Source of the DNA: Fimbriosthenelais zetlandica
Lineage: Eukaryota
DNA: 64,000 bases
Reading direction: 5' to 3'
Assembly (NCBI GenBank): GCA_977030845.1
Contig: OZ365110.1
Location: forward strand, 19,282,001 to 19,346,000
Of this stretch, positions 25,916 to 37,518 are shown in pieces. The notes beneath the pieces are model-generated. The model had not been told where the DNA came from and made no database searches. It saw nothing but the letters and a program-made list of their open reading frames with translations. Positions within the stretch are counted from its first letter, which is position 1. Each line of letters starts with the position of its first letter. A program made the translations under genes and the position numbers.

Positions 25916-28900
25916 ATGGCGCCGTCCGGGGCCATCTTCTCTGTGTTTACACCTCTATTTACCTTATTATGGCTTTCCGTGTCTCCTAGCCGTGAGTATT
26001 TTGAGTTCTGTTGAATTCATGTAGTGTTATAGAGGTAACTTGTCAATGAAAACCTACAATCGGTTCGTTTTTCGCCTTTAGATTCGTCATCCCCAGCTTG
26101 TCACTTCGACTTTGCACTGGGAGTCACTAGCTGTAGTGTAGGCCTACTGCTACTGCCAGTACTGGCCCTTCTCACTAATCAGATCGTAATCTCAGACTCA
26201 GCCTCAGGCTTCTTACCATGGTCGGCCTCGGCTGACTCATAACTATGATCAATGCCTAGACCTCTAGTAGTAGACTTAGCCGGCCTTGTTCTACTAATAT
26301 CTCCCCTCTAACAAGCTTTATTAGACAGAGTAGCCTATAGGCTATACTATAGTATAGCCATCTAGCCGGGCCTTGTCCTGTATCAACAAGACTAAAGTTA
26401 GACTAGTAAGTTGTATGAAGTATGACTAACTATATGTAAATGTATACATTTCTAGCCTCTATGGCTAAACTTTCTTGCTGCCCCCGGGGTGATAACTTTT
26501 TTTTGTTAATTGTAAGTTAAGTCTAAACATTCCACTTACAGATGAACACACGGAGACATACTGGCAAGCACCACTACAGTTATTCGATTATCGGTCGTAC
26601 CGTAGTGTCAGAATGTTAGAATACACATTGCCCCAACAAACTTCACGAGCTACGTGGATATTTCACGGGCTTATATCAGAAGAAGGCTGTGAAGAGCGTA
26701 ATGTAGAGATGTAAGTATAACTATAGGCCCTACTTAGTACTCGGAACTTATATTCATGAAGATTCCTATTTTTTCCTTGAATATTTTTATTTAAAAATTA
26801 ATCTATTACATCTAGGCTAATTCTTTTCTTTTTAAATCGCAAGAATTATTCTCATAAACTTTTTTTAAGTGCCTATAACATAATAATATTTGAATACCGG
26901 GTACCGATAACATAATATTAACAGCAGCTCCTACCTATTAATCAAATAAATTACTAGATCACATGCACATGCACCAGAAATATCCATTGCACAGAAAGCG
27001 ATGTAGATGTACCGTAGGCCTACACGTAGATAAAGAGCCCCCAGCTGAAAACCATACGTAAAACTTGAATCACCAAGTGTGTGAGCTGGCTACACCAATA
27101 ATATGGCTCTATTAAAATTCTAACCAAAAATATATCTTTTCATTTCAGAGCCATGCAACGTGGCAGTTACCCTGTGATAGCACCCCTTGGTGAGACCTTT
27201 CCGCCATACTTCAATCTAAACAGAACCTCGCTTCATATTTTAGCCATGAGAACCAATGGCACGAAAATGTTTTTCCAAATCGCCAACCCTCTGCCTGGTT
27301 CGTGGTTTGCAGCACTATATCTGACAGACGCGGAGGAGAACAAGATCAAACAAAAAGTGAGATGATATATATTTACGGTAGGCCTAGAGTCTACGTGATT
27401 AAATAAAAAATTAATTTTTAGTTTTATTCAAAGAAAGAAGAGAGATTATACCTATGTAAAACTTATTATTCATCATACAAATAACATTATGGCCATCGCA
27501 ATTTTCTTTGACTTGTGAGGCTTAATTTTGTTTTATATTTTTTTTGTTAACTCCTTCTCAGTCATATATATTTATGCCAGCCATATATACTTTCAGGGAT
27601 TTGGCAAAAACTGTCAATATTTTGTGGGCAGCACACAAGAAGTTAGCGTGTCAGAGAACATTCCTGAACTACTGCTGCAGGTTCACACCCCACTTGAGGC
27701 CTCTAGTGCCATTAACGACCTCTATAGGTGAGATTCACAACATCCATATCACATGAATCCCTTTCTGATAAAACTGGAGTGGAAAAATATTTCTATATAT
27801 ATAATCTCATACATGTACGCTTTTAATAGTAATAGGAAAAAATGTTCCCGTAACTAAATATTGTAAACGTAGAAGTCGATCAAAATTATGAGGTAAACAT
27901 ATAATTTTTATAATTAAATATAACAAAAAATAATAATCGGTTTATATTATAATATTGAAAATTTGTTTCCTCACAGGAAGGGAAACGGCTTATATTATAA
28001 TGTTTTAAAAATGTTTTCTCGCAGGTTCCACACCACAGAGCAGACCTGGGAATACACCCTAACCATCACAAACTGTCGCTTCATTCCCAAATCTAACAAT
28101 AATAATCACAACATCACATTGAACACAAGTCAGAGTGACTGTCCACTCCAGGCCTCAGTCCGGGGTCCAGCCCTGGCCAGCTGGGAGCACTCAGAGGCCA
28201 GAGTGAACTGCTCAGACTCGTGGACCGAGCAAGGCAACTGTTCACTCGTGGTCAGTTCCCCAGAAGCCAACGCCTGGCAGTACTTATGGACTTCAACCGA
28301 CGCTGCAGGCAGCGTTCATTTTACTGTTTATGTAGATATAAAAGGTACGTGCGGGGGGGGGGGGGGGGGGGGGAAATTGTAGTCATTCATTTATCCAATG
28401 GCAATTTTGTTATATTAATGAAATTACATTTAAGAACATAGCTTTATATAGCTTATTCAAAAATTATATGCAAGATAATAATTTTGCACTAAAAATACCA
28501 CTTAGGTGATATAATAACTATTATGAAATTTAATTTTAACAACAGATCTGAGCTTTATAGTTAACACTAAATTATATGTATGTAAGATATTATAATTACA
28601 TGTAATTTCAATTACATTGGGGATGGGGTAGGTGTGTGTTTTTGTAAAATCAATTTTACAAACGCATCCTCATTTATAAACGCATCTTCATAAATAGATA
28701 CCTCCTTGATTGCAGAGTGTCAAAGGTATGGAGCAGAGCCCCGACCTGAAAGTCCACAGCATGCAGACGAACCAGAACTCGATCCCGTCTTCACCAACAC
28801 CACATCCTCCAACAACACCAACACCACCAACCCCAACACCAGCCAGAGCCCCAACACAGTGAAGAAGATGATCATACCTTTCCCCATGCCTGCAGGTCGG

Positions 28901-31900
28901 GTATCCGGGGAAACCATCACTGTCCTTAACACCACTGATCTCTCATTCTCCCCTTCCTCCCCTTCTTCTAATATCCAATCTGAACCCCCTAGTCAACAAT
29001 ACCCAAACTTAAACATTTCCCTGACCAATGCCACCAACACAACCATATATGATCTCACCAACCCCAATATGAACACTACCTCCACCGGCACCTCTGATTT
29101 CGACCCCTCAAGTAGCACCATGTTGGGGTATGATATAGTGGAGGGGGATTTCAAGCAGTGTACAAGGATCCCTGAGTTGGGGCGCTTTACCAAGCAGGCC
29201 TTTGATATTCAGTACAATCTGAGGCTTGGAAGCCTGGCCTTCCCCAACCAGCTCCTCATCCCACCCGATGAACCCCTCGTGCTGGCCTTTGATGTGAAAG
29301 CCTTGCAAGATAATGGTGGAACCCTGAAATATACCCTCTCACTTCTCATGGAGAAAATCAATGTGAGTTGATAGGTCATCTATACAACATCTTTGGCCTT
29401 TTACTTTTTTTTATATGTAAGAAGTGATTGAATGGATTTTTATAAAAGCAAATCATTTCTGTCTTATTGATAAAAATTTCTGTCACATGAAGTTGATCAC
29501 AATCTATTATCTAACTATTAAATCAAATAAAAGTTAAGTAATTTTTTTATATATAAATATCCACTTTAATTAATAAAAGAAATTCTGTCTATGAGTACCA
29601 TATTTTTACATATGGAGAATAACTAAGTTAAGATTTAATTGAAATCAAATTAAATTAATATTTCTCTCACTTTTGTAGACTATGAACACTTTGGAGGTGG
29701 TCAGTTGTATCAGGCGTGGTAGGATACCCCTGGACCAGCAGGGCGTGGCTTGTAACCCAGAGAACCAGTTAGTGGTGAGGACTGACGGCTATCAGAATCG
29801 CCGGATGTATTTCCCTTACCCTGAATCTGGTACTTGGTACATCACCCTCCTTACCCGCTGCTATGCAAACAGGTATGGTGTTTATAAAATAAGTGAAAAT
29901 TTTAAAATCTGAAATTTAAAAAACAAATTATGAAATTATAATTGCTGATAGTTTTGGTCTATCACACTTTGAATTCTATTATTGTTGTACATTGCGATCT
30001 AGATTATTAAGAATTATAAGTAATAATCATAAGTTTTCTAGGAAGCTTTTCAGTATACCGTACTTGCCGGTGTATAACGCGCTCCGGACTATAACGCGCA
30101 CCCCCCTACCTCTCAAGTAAAATCCATATATAGTGCGCACCGGTGTATAACGCGCAATTTGTATACCCGTTTCTCCCACCCCAGACAGTGTCCTCCCAGA
30201 CACAATAGCCATCTCAAGGCAACATAGCTTTTCTGTATGGACTAATTAGCCGACCACTAATCCGTGGACATAGTTGGCTGCCTCCCACCATGCGTCCCTT
30301 TGAAGTCTGACAAGCATGGTCCCGCCGAACTTAGACCGAATTTGGCAGTCACCATGTGAGAAAAATCCATATATAATGCGCTCCGGTGTATAACGCGCAG
30401 GCCCCGATTTTGGCCAATTAACAGGTCAAAAAGTTGCGCGTTATACACCGGCAAGTACGGTACATATATATAAAGGCCATTTTAAGCTATGAAATCTATT
30501 TTACCAATTAATTGGATAACCTTTGTCATCCGCAAAGTGATAGATTTGTGCTGCAATTTGACCTGTAAGAGGAAATTTTTTAATATTTGATTACTGTAGG
30601 TTGAAATTGAAATGCCATATAAAATAATGTTAGTTGATAAGAAAGTTAATGATTTTCTCTACAGGACCCAGGCAGTGCCATGTCTTAGACGTGAGCATGC
30701 CGTTATCAGTTTCTCCCTCAACATCATGGCCTGTGTTGACGGAGGCTGTGGCATCTACGGCCAATGCCGGGAATACTTCAGTGGTGTCCTCCACTTTTCC
30801 GGCTGTGCATGCACCGCAAGTAAGACCAGCATGGGAGCTCCTATCACAGTCATAGTCCCTATATTAACGTTTCCTTTGTAGAATCGACAGCATGTTCCTG
30901 ATAGAAGGTTCTTTTTCTTCAGTCTTTGTCATATATTTCTGCGTTAGATTTGTGCCCTGGTTCAGTCTTGTCCAGTTTATACTGCCCTTTGGTTACTGAA
31001 GGTGATCCATACTTGTGAGAAATCTTTTCCAAATTACATCCATACTCTATCGTTATCCAAAATTATTGTCTACTGGTTATCTGCGAACCTTTGCGAATAT
31101 TTGCTAGTGTGCATCACCTGAAGAATTTCCTTATTAAATTTCCATGGTTGGGCTTAAACTACTTGAAATCATTGTCTTTCACCCATTGAAAGTGACCTTT
31201 TTCGACCAATTCTTGGTAAGAAAATATAAGAGAAAATGTTAATCACGTTGTTAATGTGATTATACAAATTGAATGATAGAAATGGTATTTGCGACTCCTT
31301 GACAGATACTTATCTCACGTAGTTTGTGGCCACCCTTTCTGTAGTTGTACATATATTAGTCACTAAACTTTTCCTTTCTCCTTGATTTTTTATAGAAGCT
31401 ATACACTACTTTCTGTTTACCCACGGTGCACTAAAATCCTCGGCAAATGTTAACTATTTAAAACTTTGATTTAGAATAATTTGGTTTCTGTTTATGTCTG
31501 TAGTACGGAGGAAGTGATCCCTAGGGAAAGCTGTTCACTTAATGTGACTTATGACTTGTATGAGGTCATGATTAACATCACAGCGTGTGTGGATCATGGC
31601 TGTGGTATTTACGGCAATTGTGCTATCGGTTATAGTGACTACTACCTCACATCGGTGTGCAATTGTCTTGCACGTAGGTATAAAACCTCTGGCCGAGCTA
31701 AATAGCTATTCACTTATAGTGGGTACAATATTATTACTATTCAGAAATGTTCGGTTATATTATTATCCTTCTTGAACAACATTTGAATACTGACGATATC
31801 AATATTCTTTTTCTTTTTTTTTAAATTTTCCTTTCTTCTTTTTTTGTAATTTAAAAAGGTAAATAATAGATAATTTGCAGCAAATTTTGTGTCTTGGCAG

Positions 31901-33845
31901 AATTTTTCTTGTAGCTTGGAATTGATTGGTTTGCATGTAAACCTTTTCATATTAATCCTTTCCTTTCTTTACTAATAATGTATAAATCTACTATACTCTC
32001 CGTTTCTGAGGCTCAGATATATAGTTTATAGTACTGTATAATATTTGCATATCGGTGGCATAGCACATTTAAAAATTTTGCATCTTGTATTAAATATTCC
32101 ATTAATTATATGGGCGATGATACAATATTGCTCCAAAATCTTAAGCAGAAAATTCTAATAAGAAAATTTGTATATCTAAATAATTCCACCCCACAATGAA
32201 TTAATAAAATGTACCTTTTGTCCCTTTTTATGTAGACTGGCGGGGATATGGTTGTACGGATGGGAGTGTGGCTGAATCCGACCTGCTTCAGTTGATCTCT
32301 ACCCTCCTCCTCAGCCTCAGTAACCTGGCCTTCCTGCCTGCCATCATCGTTGCTCTAGTCCGCAGGTTTTATGTGGAGGCCCTCGTCTACACATACACTA
32401 TGTTTTTCTCTACTGTGAGTTTTCATTCAGATATGAGATTTAAAAAATTCTTTTTTGGTGACAAATGTTAACTGTATACATGTACATGTAGTGATTGGGG
32501 TATTGGGTAATTCTGACACTTTAAAGTGAAATGTTGGGACACATTTTGATGGTATTTATGTTTCTTTTCTTTTTAAAATAGTATCAGGCAGTTTCTGAAA
32601 ATTCTAACAAAATATTAGTGAGATAATCACTTCTTTTGTGATTCTTGAAAAATTTACTTTGGATGCATCTCCTCTTGTAGTTTTACCACGCTTGTGACGG
32701 CGACTCCCGCCACACCTGGTGCATGATGCCCTATAATGTCCTCGCTCACTGTGATTTCTTTGGAGCCATCTTGTCTTTCTGGGTGACATTGATAGCCATG
32801 GCTAAGCTACCAGAGCGTGCACGCTCCTTCCTCCTCATGTTGGCAGCCCTGGCTCTGGCTGTAGGCGTCCAGTGGGACCGCCATAGTCTGTGGACCTTCC
32901 TTGTGCCAGCCGGTACAGGTCTCGTCATTATGCTCATATCATGGGTGAGTTTAAATTGTCATTTATATTATCATGTTTAATCAATAGAACACATTTAAAG
33001 GCTCTGAAAATGTCGTTTCTCCCACAATAATTGAACATATAATAGGGATACTCAATGCCGCCGGGATATTGGAGGACACAAACCTGATATATTTGTATTT
33101 AATATACTGATAACAATCGGTGAAAATCAGTCTTAAAAATCGAAGTGCTCAGGCATTGGACTGATATAGTGATACTCAATGCCCTTTGGTCATATTGGAA
33201 GACACAAGCCTGATATGTGATGCTATAGTAATGATATAGTTATGCTCAATGGAGCTGGGGCATTGGTGGACACAGGCCTTATTACTTCGATATACTTGCA
33301 GTGATACTCAATGTCCCGGGCCCGGAATATCAAAGTACACAGACCTTATATCGATATAGTGATGTTCAATTCCCCTTTGGCGAACACAGGCCTTAGTGAG
33401 CGCATGATCATATTCTAGCCATATTGTATCTTGCCAGTGCTATTCTGATATGTATGTAATTTCTGTTTTCTTCCAGTCTTACCGTTGTCGTAAACGTAAG
33501 GACTGCTACCCGTCCAAACGTCGCTGGCTTATCTTTGTCCTGCCAGGCGCACTCATTGCCGTAACTGGTCTTATCACATTTGCTTTCTTCGAGACCGACC
33601 GTAACTACAAATACACACACAGCGTCTGGCACATCTGTATGGCCCTCTGTGTCGTCTTCATCCTCCCTCCACGTAAACTTACAGAGAATGAGGGTACGAA
33701 CCACAAATTAAGTAGATTTGTCAACTTTGTGTTAAGGTCGCCTCAAGCCCAGGCAGGAGACACACAGCTAGAAGAGTTAGATCTCAATGGGGAAGCTACC
33801 TTTGGTAGTAGCAATGGTAATGACACTAGGATGCTCCTGGCTTAG
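25916..33845 (+). CDS. TMEM8: TMEM8/PGAP6-family protein (signal peptide, large ectodomain, EGF-like domain, myomaker/DUF3522-type 7TM); join(25916-25991,26542-26710,27149-27356,27597-27727,28025-28344,28716-29362,29679-29872,30665-30819,32236-32414,32681-32944,33477-33845), about 903 aa for this isoform
   Basis: All 11 exons are phase-compatible with GT-AG sites. Family-type motifs: signal peptide [25 protein letters not shown]; [10 protein letters not shown]; [11 protein letters not shown]; [11 protein letters not shown]; EGF-like [13 protein letters not shown]...CAC|WRGYGCTD; [14 protein letters not shown]; FFST|FYHACD; CDFFG; YTHSVWH. I cannot assign TMEM8A (PGAP6) versus TMEM8B orthology. 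Confidence 0.9.
30058..30460. mobile_element. MITE, Tc1/mariner-pogo type non-autonomous DNA transposon (403 bp)
   Basis: Perfect 25-bp terminal inverted repeats CCGTACTTGCCGGTGTATAACGCGC (30058-30082 and 30436-30460), flanked by TA on both sides (30056-57, 30461-62). Internal copies of CCGGTGTATAACGCGC near 30140 and 30382. No ORF. Confidence 0.9.
30665..30819 (+). CDS. TMEM8 EGF exon copy A (phase 2 to 1)
   Basis: TTTTCTCTACAG| acceptor and |GTAAGA donor; encodes [52 protein letters not shown]. Confidence 0.85.
31504..31673 (+). CDS. TMEM8 EGF exon copy B, mutually exclusive paralog of 30665-30819 (phase 2 to 1)
   Basis: TTTATGTCTGTAG| acceptor and |GTAGGT donor; open frame [57 protein letters not shown] with the same Cys spacing and ACVDxGCGIYGxC core as copy A. 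Confidence 0.8.
33045..33400. repeat. Diverged minisatellite, about 5 copies of a 60-70 bp unit (GATACTCAATG...GGACACA.GCCT) in TMEM8 intron
   Basis: GAT(A/G)(C/T)TCAAT core at about 33048, 33171, 33241, 33302 and 33360, each followed by an ACACA(A/G)..CCT motif. Confidence 0.65.
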
Positions 33846-33994
33846 GAGGTGTGGGAAGAATGAAATGAGTTTAGGTTTGACGTGGGTTGGGTGTTCCGAA
33901 TAATATAAGGAGTAAGTTTTGGTTGTGTGGAATCCTTAATAAGTTCTAGTTGTGAGATATAATTTTGATACGGATTGATAATTATAAACCCAGA

Positions 33995-34000
33995 AATAAA
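33995..34000 (+). terminator. Candidate proximal poly(A) signal of TMEM8 read-through isoform
   Basis: AATAAA 150 nt after the TAG at 33845. Confidence 0.4.
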
Positions 34001-35075
34001 CTCAGTATTAAAGATATTGTAGATAATATCAGCATTCATAGGCAAAGCGAATACATAACCTAAGGAATATCATAAATGTGCAGTCAATTTTGTTACTAAA
34101 ACTTACTTGAATTGAGTTGAATTCCAGGGAATTTGGTATTTTCGAGTTTTGGTGCTACCTTTTTATCCTTCTTTCGTTGGTTTTGATACCAAACAAGTAA
34201 TACCCACCTGAGCGAATATGAATGTTTATCAGAGCTTCAACTGAGTCCATATTTAACCTGCTTATAAGTGATATGAGTACTAGGGAACAATTAGTGATCT
34301 GCATAGACGGATGCTAACATATCCGTAATACATTTTAAAGTACATGTATATGGTTGTCTGTGATACTTCATACTTGATTCTAATCTATACATATAATATG
34401 TATATTAGAAAGAAATGTTTCATTTGGTTACATGTGTTTCAGATAACCTAATTCGTTTTAGGCATGAAGAAAGGATAATATATTTTCTTGGTGAAGGGTT
34501 GTGCCGTTCAATATCTAATATTGCAGAATTTATCTCGGGGCAGGGCAACAGCAAATTTTTTAGACATAATACTTCATGACTAACTTACATGACTAACCTT
34601 ATTTTACAATAATTATATTTGTAAATACTAGTTGGTAAGGAATCATTTTTCCTGTCAAAATTTCAGTCTCTGACTTTGCAGCAGGCTTCTGCACTGGCTG
34701 TGACTATTGGTGGACACGGATACATGCTTATCACATCTTTGCATTTCTACCTGGATTCTTGTCACCTAATTTTTCTACTTCTAATACATTATAATATTAA
34801 ATTATAGTTAGATAACACTTACTGCAAGAAGTAGGTGATATCAATATAGCCAGTGCTCTAAAAATTGCGCCAATGCATTTTTTTAAAAAAATTCGGGCTA
34901 TAATTTACACCAAGAAAAATATTAACAGACCTAAATTAATTATTGTTGATTCTATACCTGGCTCTACTGATAGGTTGGGACTGAAATTTCTTTCCCTGGC
35001 TTAGCTTTTTTAGCACAATATTGGCACTTCAAGCCACAAGTCATCCATTTTTTGGTTTTATGTCCTTCATTCCAG

Positions 35076-35176
35076 ATGCAGTGGTAGAGAATCAACAAAA
35101 ATACGACACGTATGAAACCGTGTCCACGCTTCCCCAAGGAACTACACCCAACCAGCTCATCGTGTATGCCAGATGA
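35076..35176 (+). CDS. Candidate alternative terminal exon of TMEM8
   Basis: Strong acceptor TTTTTTGGTTTTATGTCCTTCATTCCAG|; phase-1 open frame DAVVENQQKYDTYETVSTLPQGTTPNQLIVYAR*; locally GC-richer than flanks. Confidence 0.5.
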
Positions 35177-36489
35177 TCAATGCTAAAACCTAGTTAAGAC
35201 TAAAATGTGTAATTATTATTATTGTAAAAGTAATGTTTCAGGGACATGTATCATGCAGCACAGGGTCTTTCATCTTTATCTTCTGCTAACAGACTGGTAG
35301 GGAGGGAGGGAATGGATTTTTTCTGGCTAATTCATACGACTACCATGTCCTAGTCAGTTTGCGGAGCCTACTGCAAAACCCTGCATTTGCCATGTTCATG
35401 TTGGAGATCTGAGTAATTTTGACTGGATTTCTCAATAGAATACATGTGTATGTCACAGGATGTGTCTTTGTTGAAGGCTTGTCTAAAGTGATTTATCTAT
35501 GTTTAATACTTGAATTGTTGTATTCGAAGACTTTAGTTGAAATTTAACCAAGGCATGTACTAAAGACGTTCAGCGATCAACAATTACTGCTTTGAAATTT
35601 AATGATCTCAGTCGTTTTAGATATGAAAATTATGATCATGTTCATTTCGAATTTAGTCGTGTTAAACGGAATAGCCCTAATTGTAGGTAATAAGAAAATG
35701 AAAGCCAGGATACTTGTGCATGTATGTCTGTCTATTTAGAATATATATAATTTATCGTGTCAAGGATGACTTATTATAGGACATTGCATCTGTGTCAAAT
35801 AATCATGGTAATTTATATTTTGTGATATTCGAGGACATAAATGCGAACATTTTCGTGGATGTAATCAGTAAAATAGGTGTCGCTACCGCAATAGCTACCA
35901 TGGTTAATTGCCAAAACTCCTGTTATTTAATCTCAGGGATAACAAAAAATAATGATTATAGAAATGAGCTATACAAAATTATTTATGCTGAACCATGTAG
36001 ATATTCACCATTTTCATCAAATAACCGTGAGATTTGTAGGATAATCCAAGAAATTATAAGATTTTGCTCCTTGAAAATTTCTTAAATATTCTTTCAGCAT
36101 CTCAATTATAAAATTTAATCAGTAACTTCTTGTTTCCTGTGCACAATTTTCGCATCGATTATTTTCCCCTACATTTTCAACTATAGAATACAGTTCCCCT
36201 AGATATAAATTGGCATGTAATGATTGAATTCTAGGCTTATACAATAATTTTCTAGCGTTCCGCATTATGTTTACACAATGGTTATATTATCCTAACCATA
36301 TTTCCTTGCAAAAGTGATCTTTTTCATTCCAGAGTTGCACTTTTCTTGCCGTCATTTGGTCTGCATGCTCACATTTTTGCTTCTTAGCATGGAAATACTG
36401 CACTAGATACTTTTTATTTTGCCTGTCTAACATTCCTTACCTCTTTATACTAACATTTTCTTCTTTTTCTTTTCAATTCGCACCTTTAG

Positions 36490-36638
36490 AGCAAATACAT
36501 GTGCATGGGGAGAAGGCCGGGTGTGTTTGTTGCTGTATAAGGAGGGGCAGACCGGCGGATACTGATAGCAGTTTCACTAATGATTACTATGGTTCCGTGT
36601 ACAGCCTTGAAAGTGATACACAAAACATTCACTTGTAA
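36490..36638 (+). CDS. Alternative distal terminal exon of TMEM8 (spliced from internal donor after 33693)
   Basis: Very strong pyrimidine tract ending CACCTTTAG|. Phase 1 matches the GAG G|GTACGA donor at 33693/33694. Open frame EQIHVHGEKAGCVCCCIRRGRPADTDSSFTNDYYGSVYSLESDTQNIHL*, with AATAAA at 36852-36857. Confidence 0.65.
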
Positions 36639-36851
36639 GGATGTACCATTGAGACCTTGTGTTAAGTAAATCTGGACGAAACGTTCAAAACACCCGTCAA
36701 GTTATTTATTTTATGACTTCCGTTTGAAAGGCTTAATTATCTACTGCTACATGAGCATAGTTGCTGAATAATAATATATCAATCCGTTCGTTTGGAAGGT
36801 TAAGTTACGAGTCGGTTGCAACTGATAATGTATTTTACATTTCGAAGCGCC

Positions 36852-36857
36852 AATAAA
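36852..36857 (+). terminator. Candidate distal poly(A) signal of TMEM8
   Basis: AATAAA about 215 nt after the TAA of the distal exon. Confidence 0.45.
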
Positions 36858-37045
36858 TATCTTGAAGAAAAGAATACAGTTTTGTCTATTTTAGTGCCAT
36901 TCAAAAAACCCTCTTATCACCTGTAGAAATCAAATTAAATAGATTACAAGTATGTATTCTTCATAAGAAACGGACATTTCATTCATTCGAACGTTAACTT
37001 CGCTTGGGGAAAGAAATTTAAGAGCTAAATGACATTAGATTTTTG

Positions 37046-37051
37046 TTTATT
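37046..37051 (-). terminator. Candidate poly(A) signal of nucleolin
   Basis: TTTATT on plus (AATAAA on minus) about 470 nt past the stop codon. Confidence 0.45.
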
Positions 37052-37518
37052 CATGAATAGGTAACAACATTCTTCTCCAACGGATCAAACTGTGTTGAAG
37101 ACCCGACACATTCCTCTATCAGTAAATAATTCCCATTGACATTTCTACACCACACAGTAAAAGAATCCCAAACTAATAAAATTAATGTGAACATCTGCAC
37201 ACTAATGACGAAATCAAAACCACTGTGTGAAGCACATATATGTACACACAAGAAAATGTAAATGTGAAGTAATAATTTTTTTGAAATAAATCGATATCAT
37301 ATGACGAGTAGAGCCATACAAATAATTGTAAAAAAACACGTTGCGTTCTGATTTTGATAGGATGCGCCTCTAATAATGGGAACCAAACATACGGATACAA
37401 CATACACACAGTTACTAACACACGCTCATACAAACATAGGAGTGATGACCAGCATTATATAGAAATTTATGAACGAATCTGTAAGCCCAGCCCTGAAGAT
37501 CCCCAACAATGATTTTGT

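Noticed and set aside
35293-35300. Strong acceptor TCTTCTGCTAACAG in the TMEM8 3' region
   Set aside because: The phase-1 frame stops after D-W; it is noted as a control showing that not every acceptor here opens a tail.
37442-37496. GTGATGA...CTGA pair resembling a C/D snoRNA
   Set aside because: It is antisense to the nucleolin 3' UTR, has no terminal stem and no recognisable rRNA guide.
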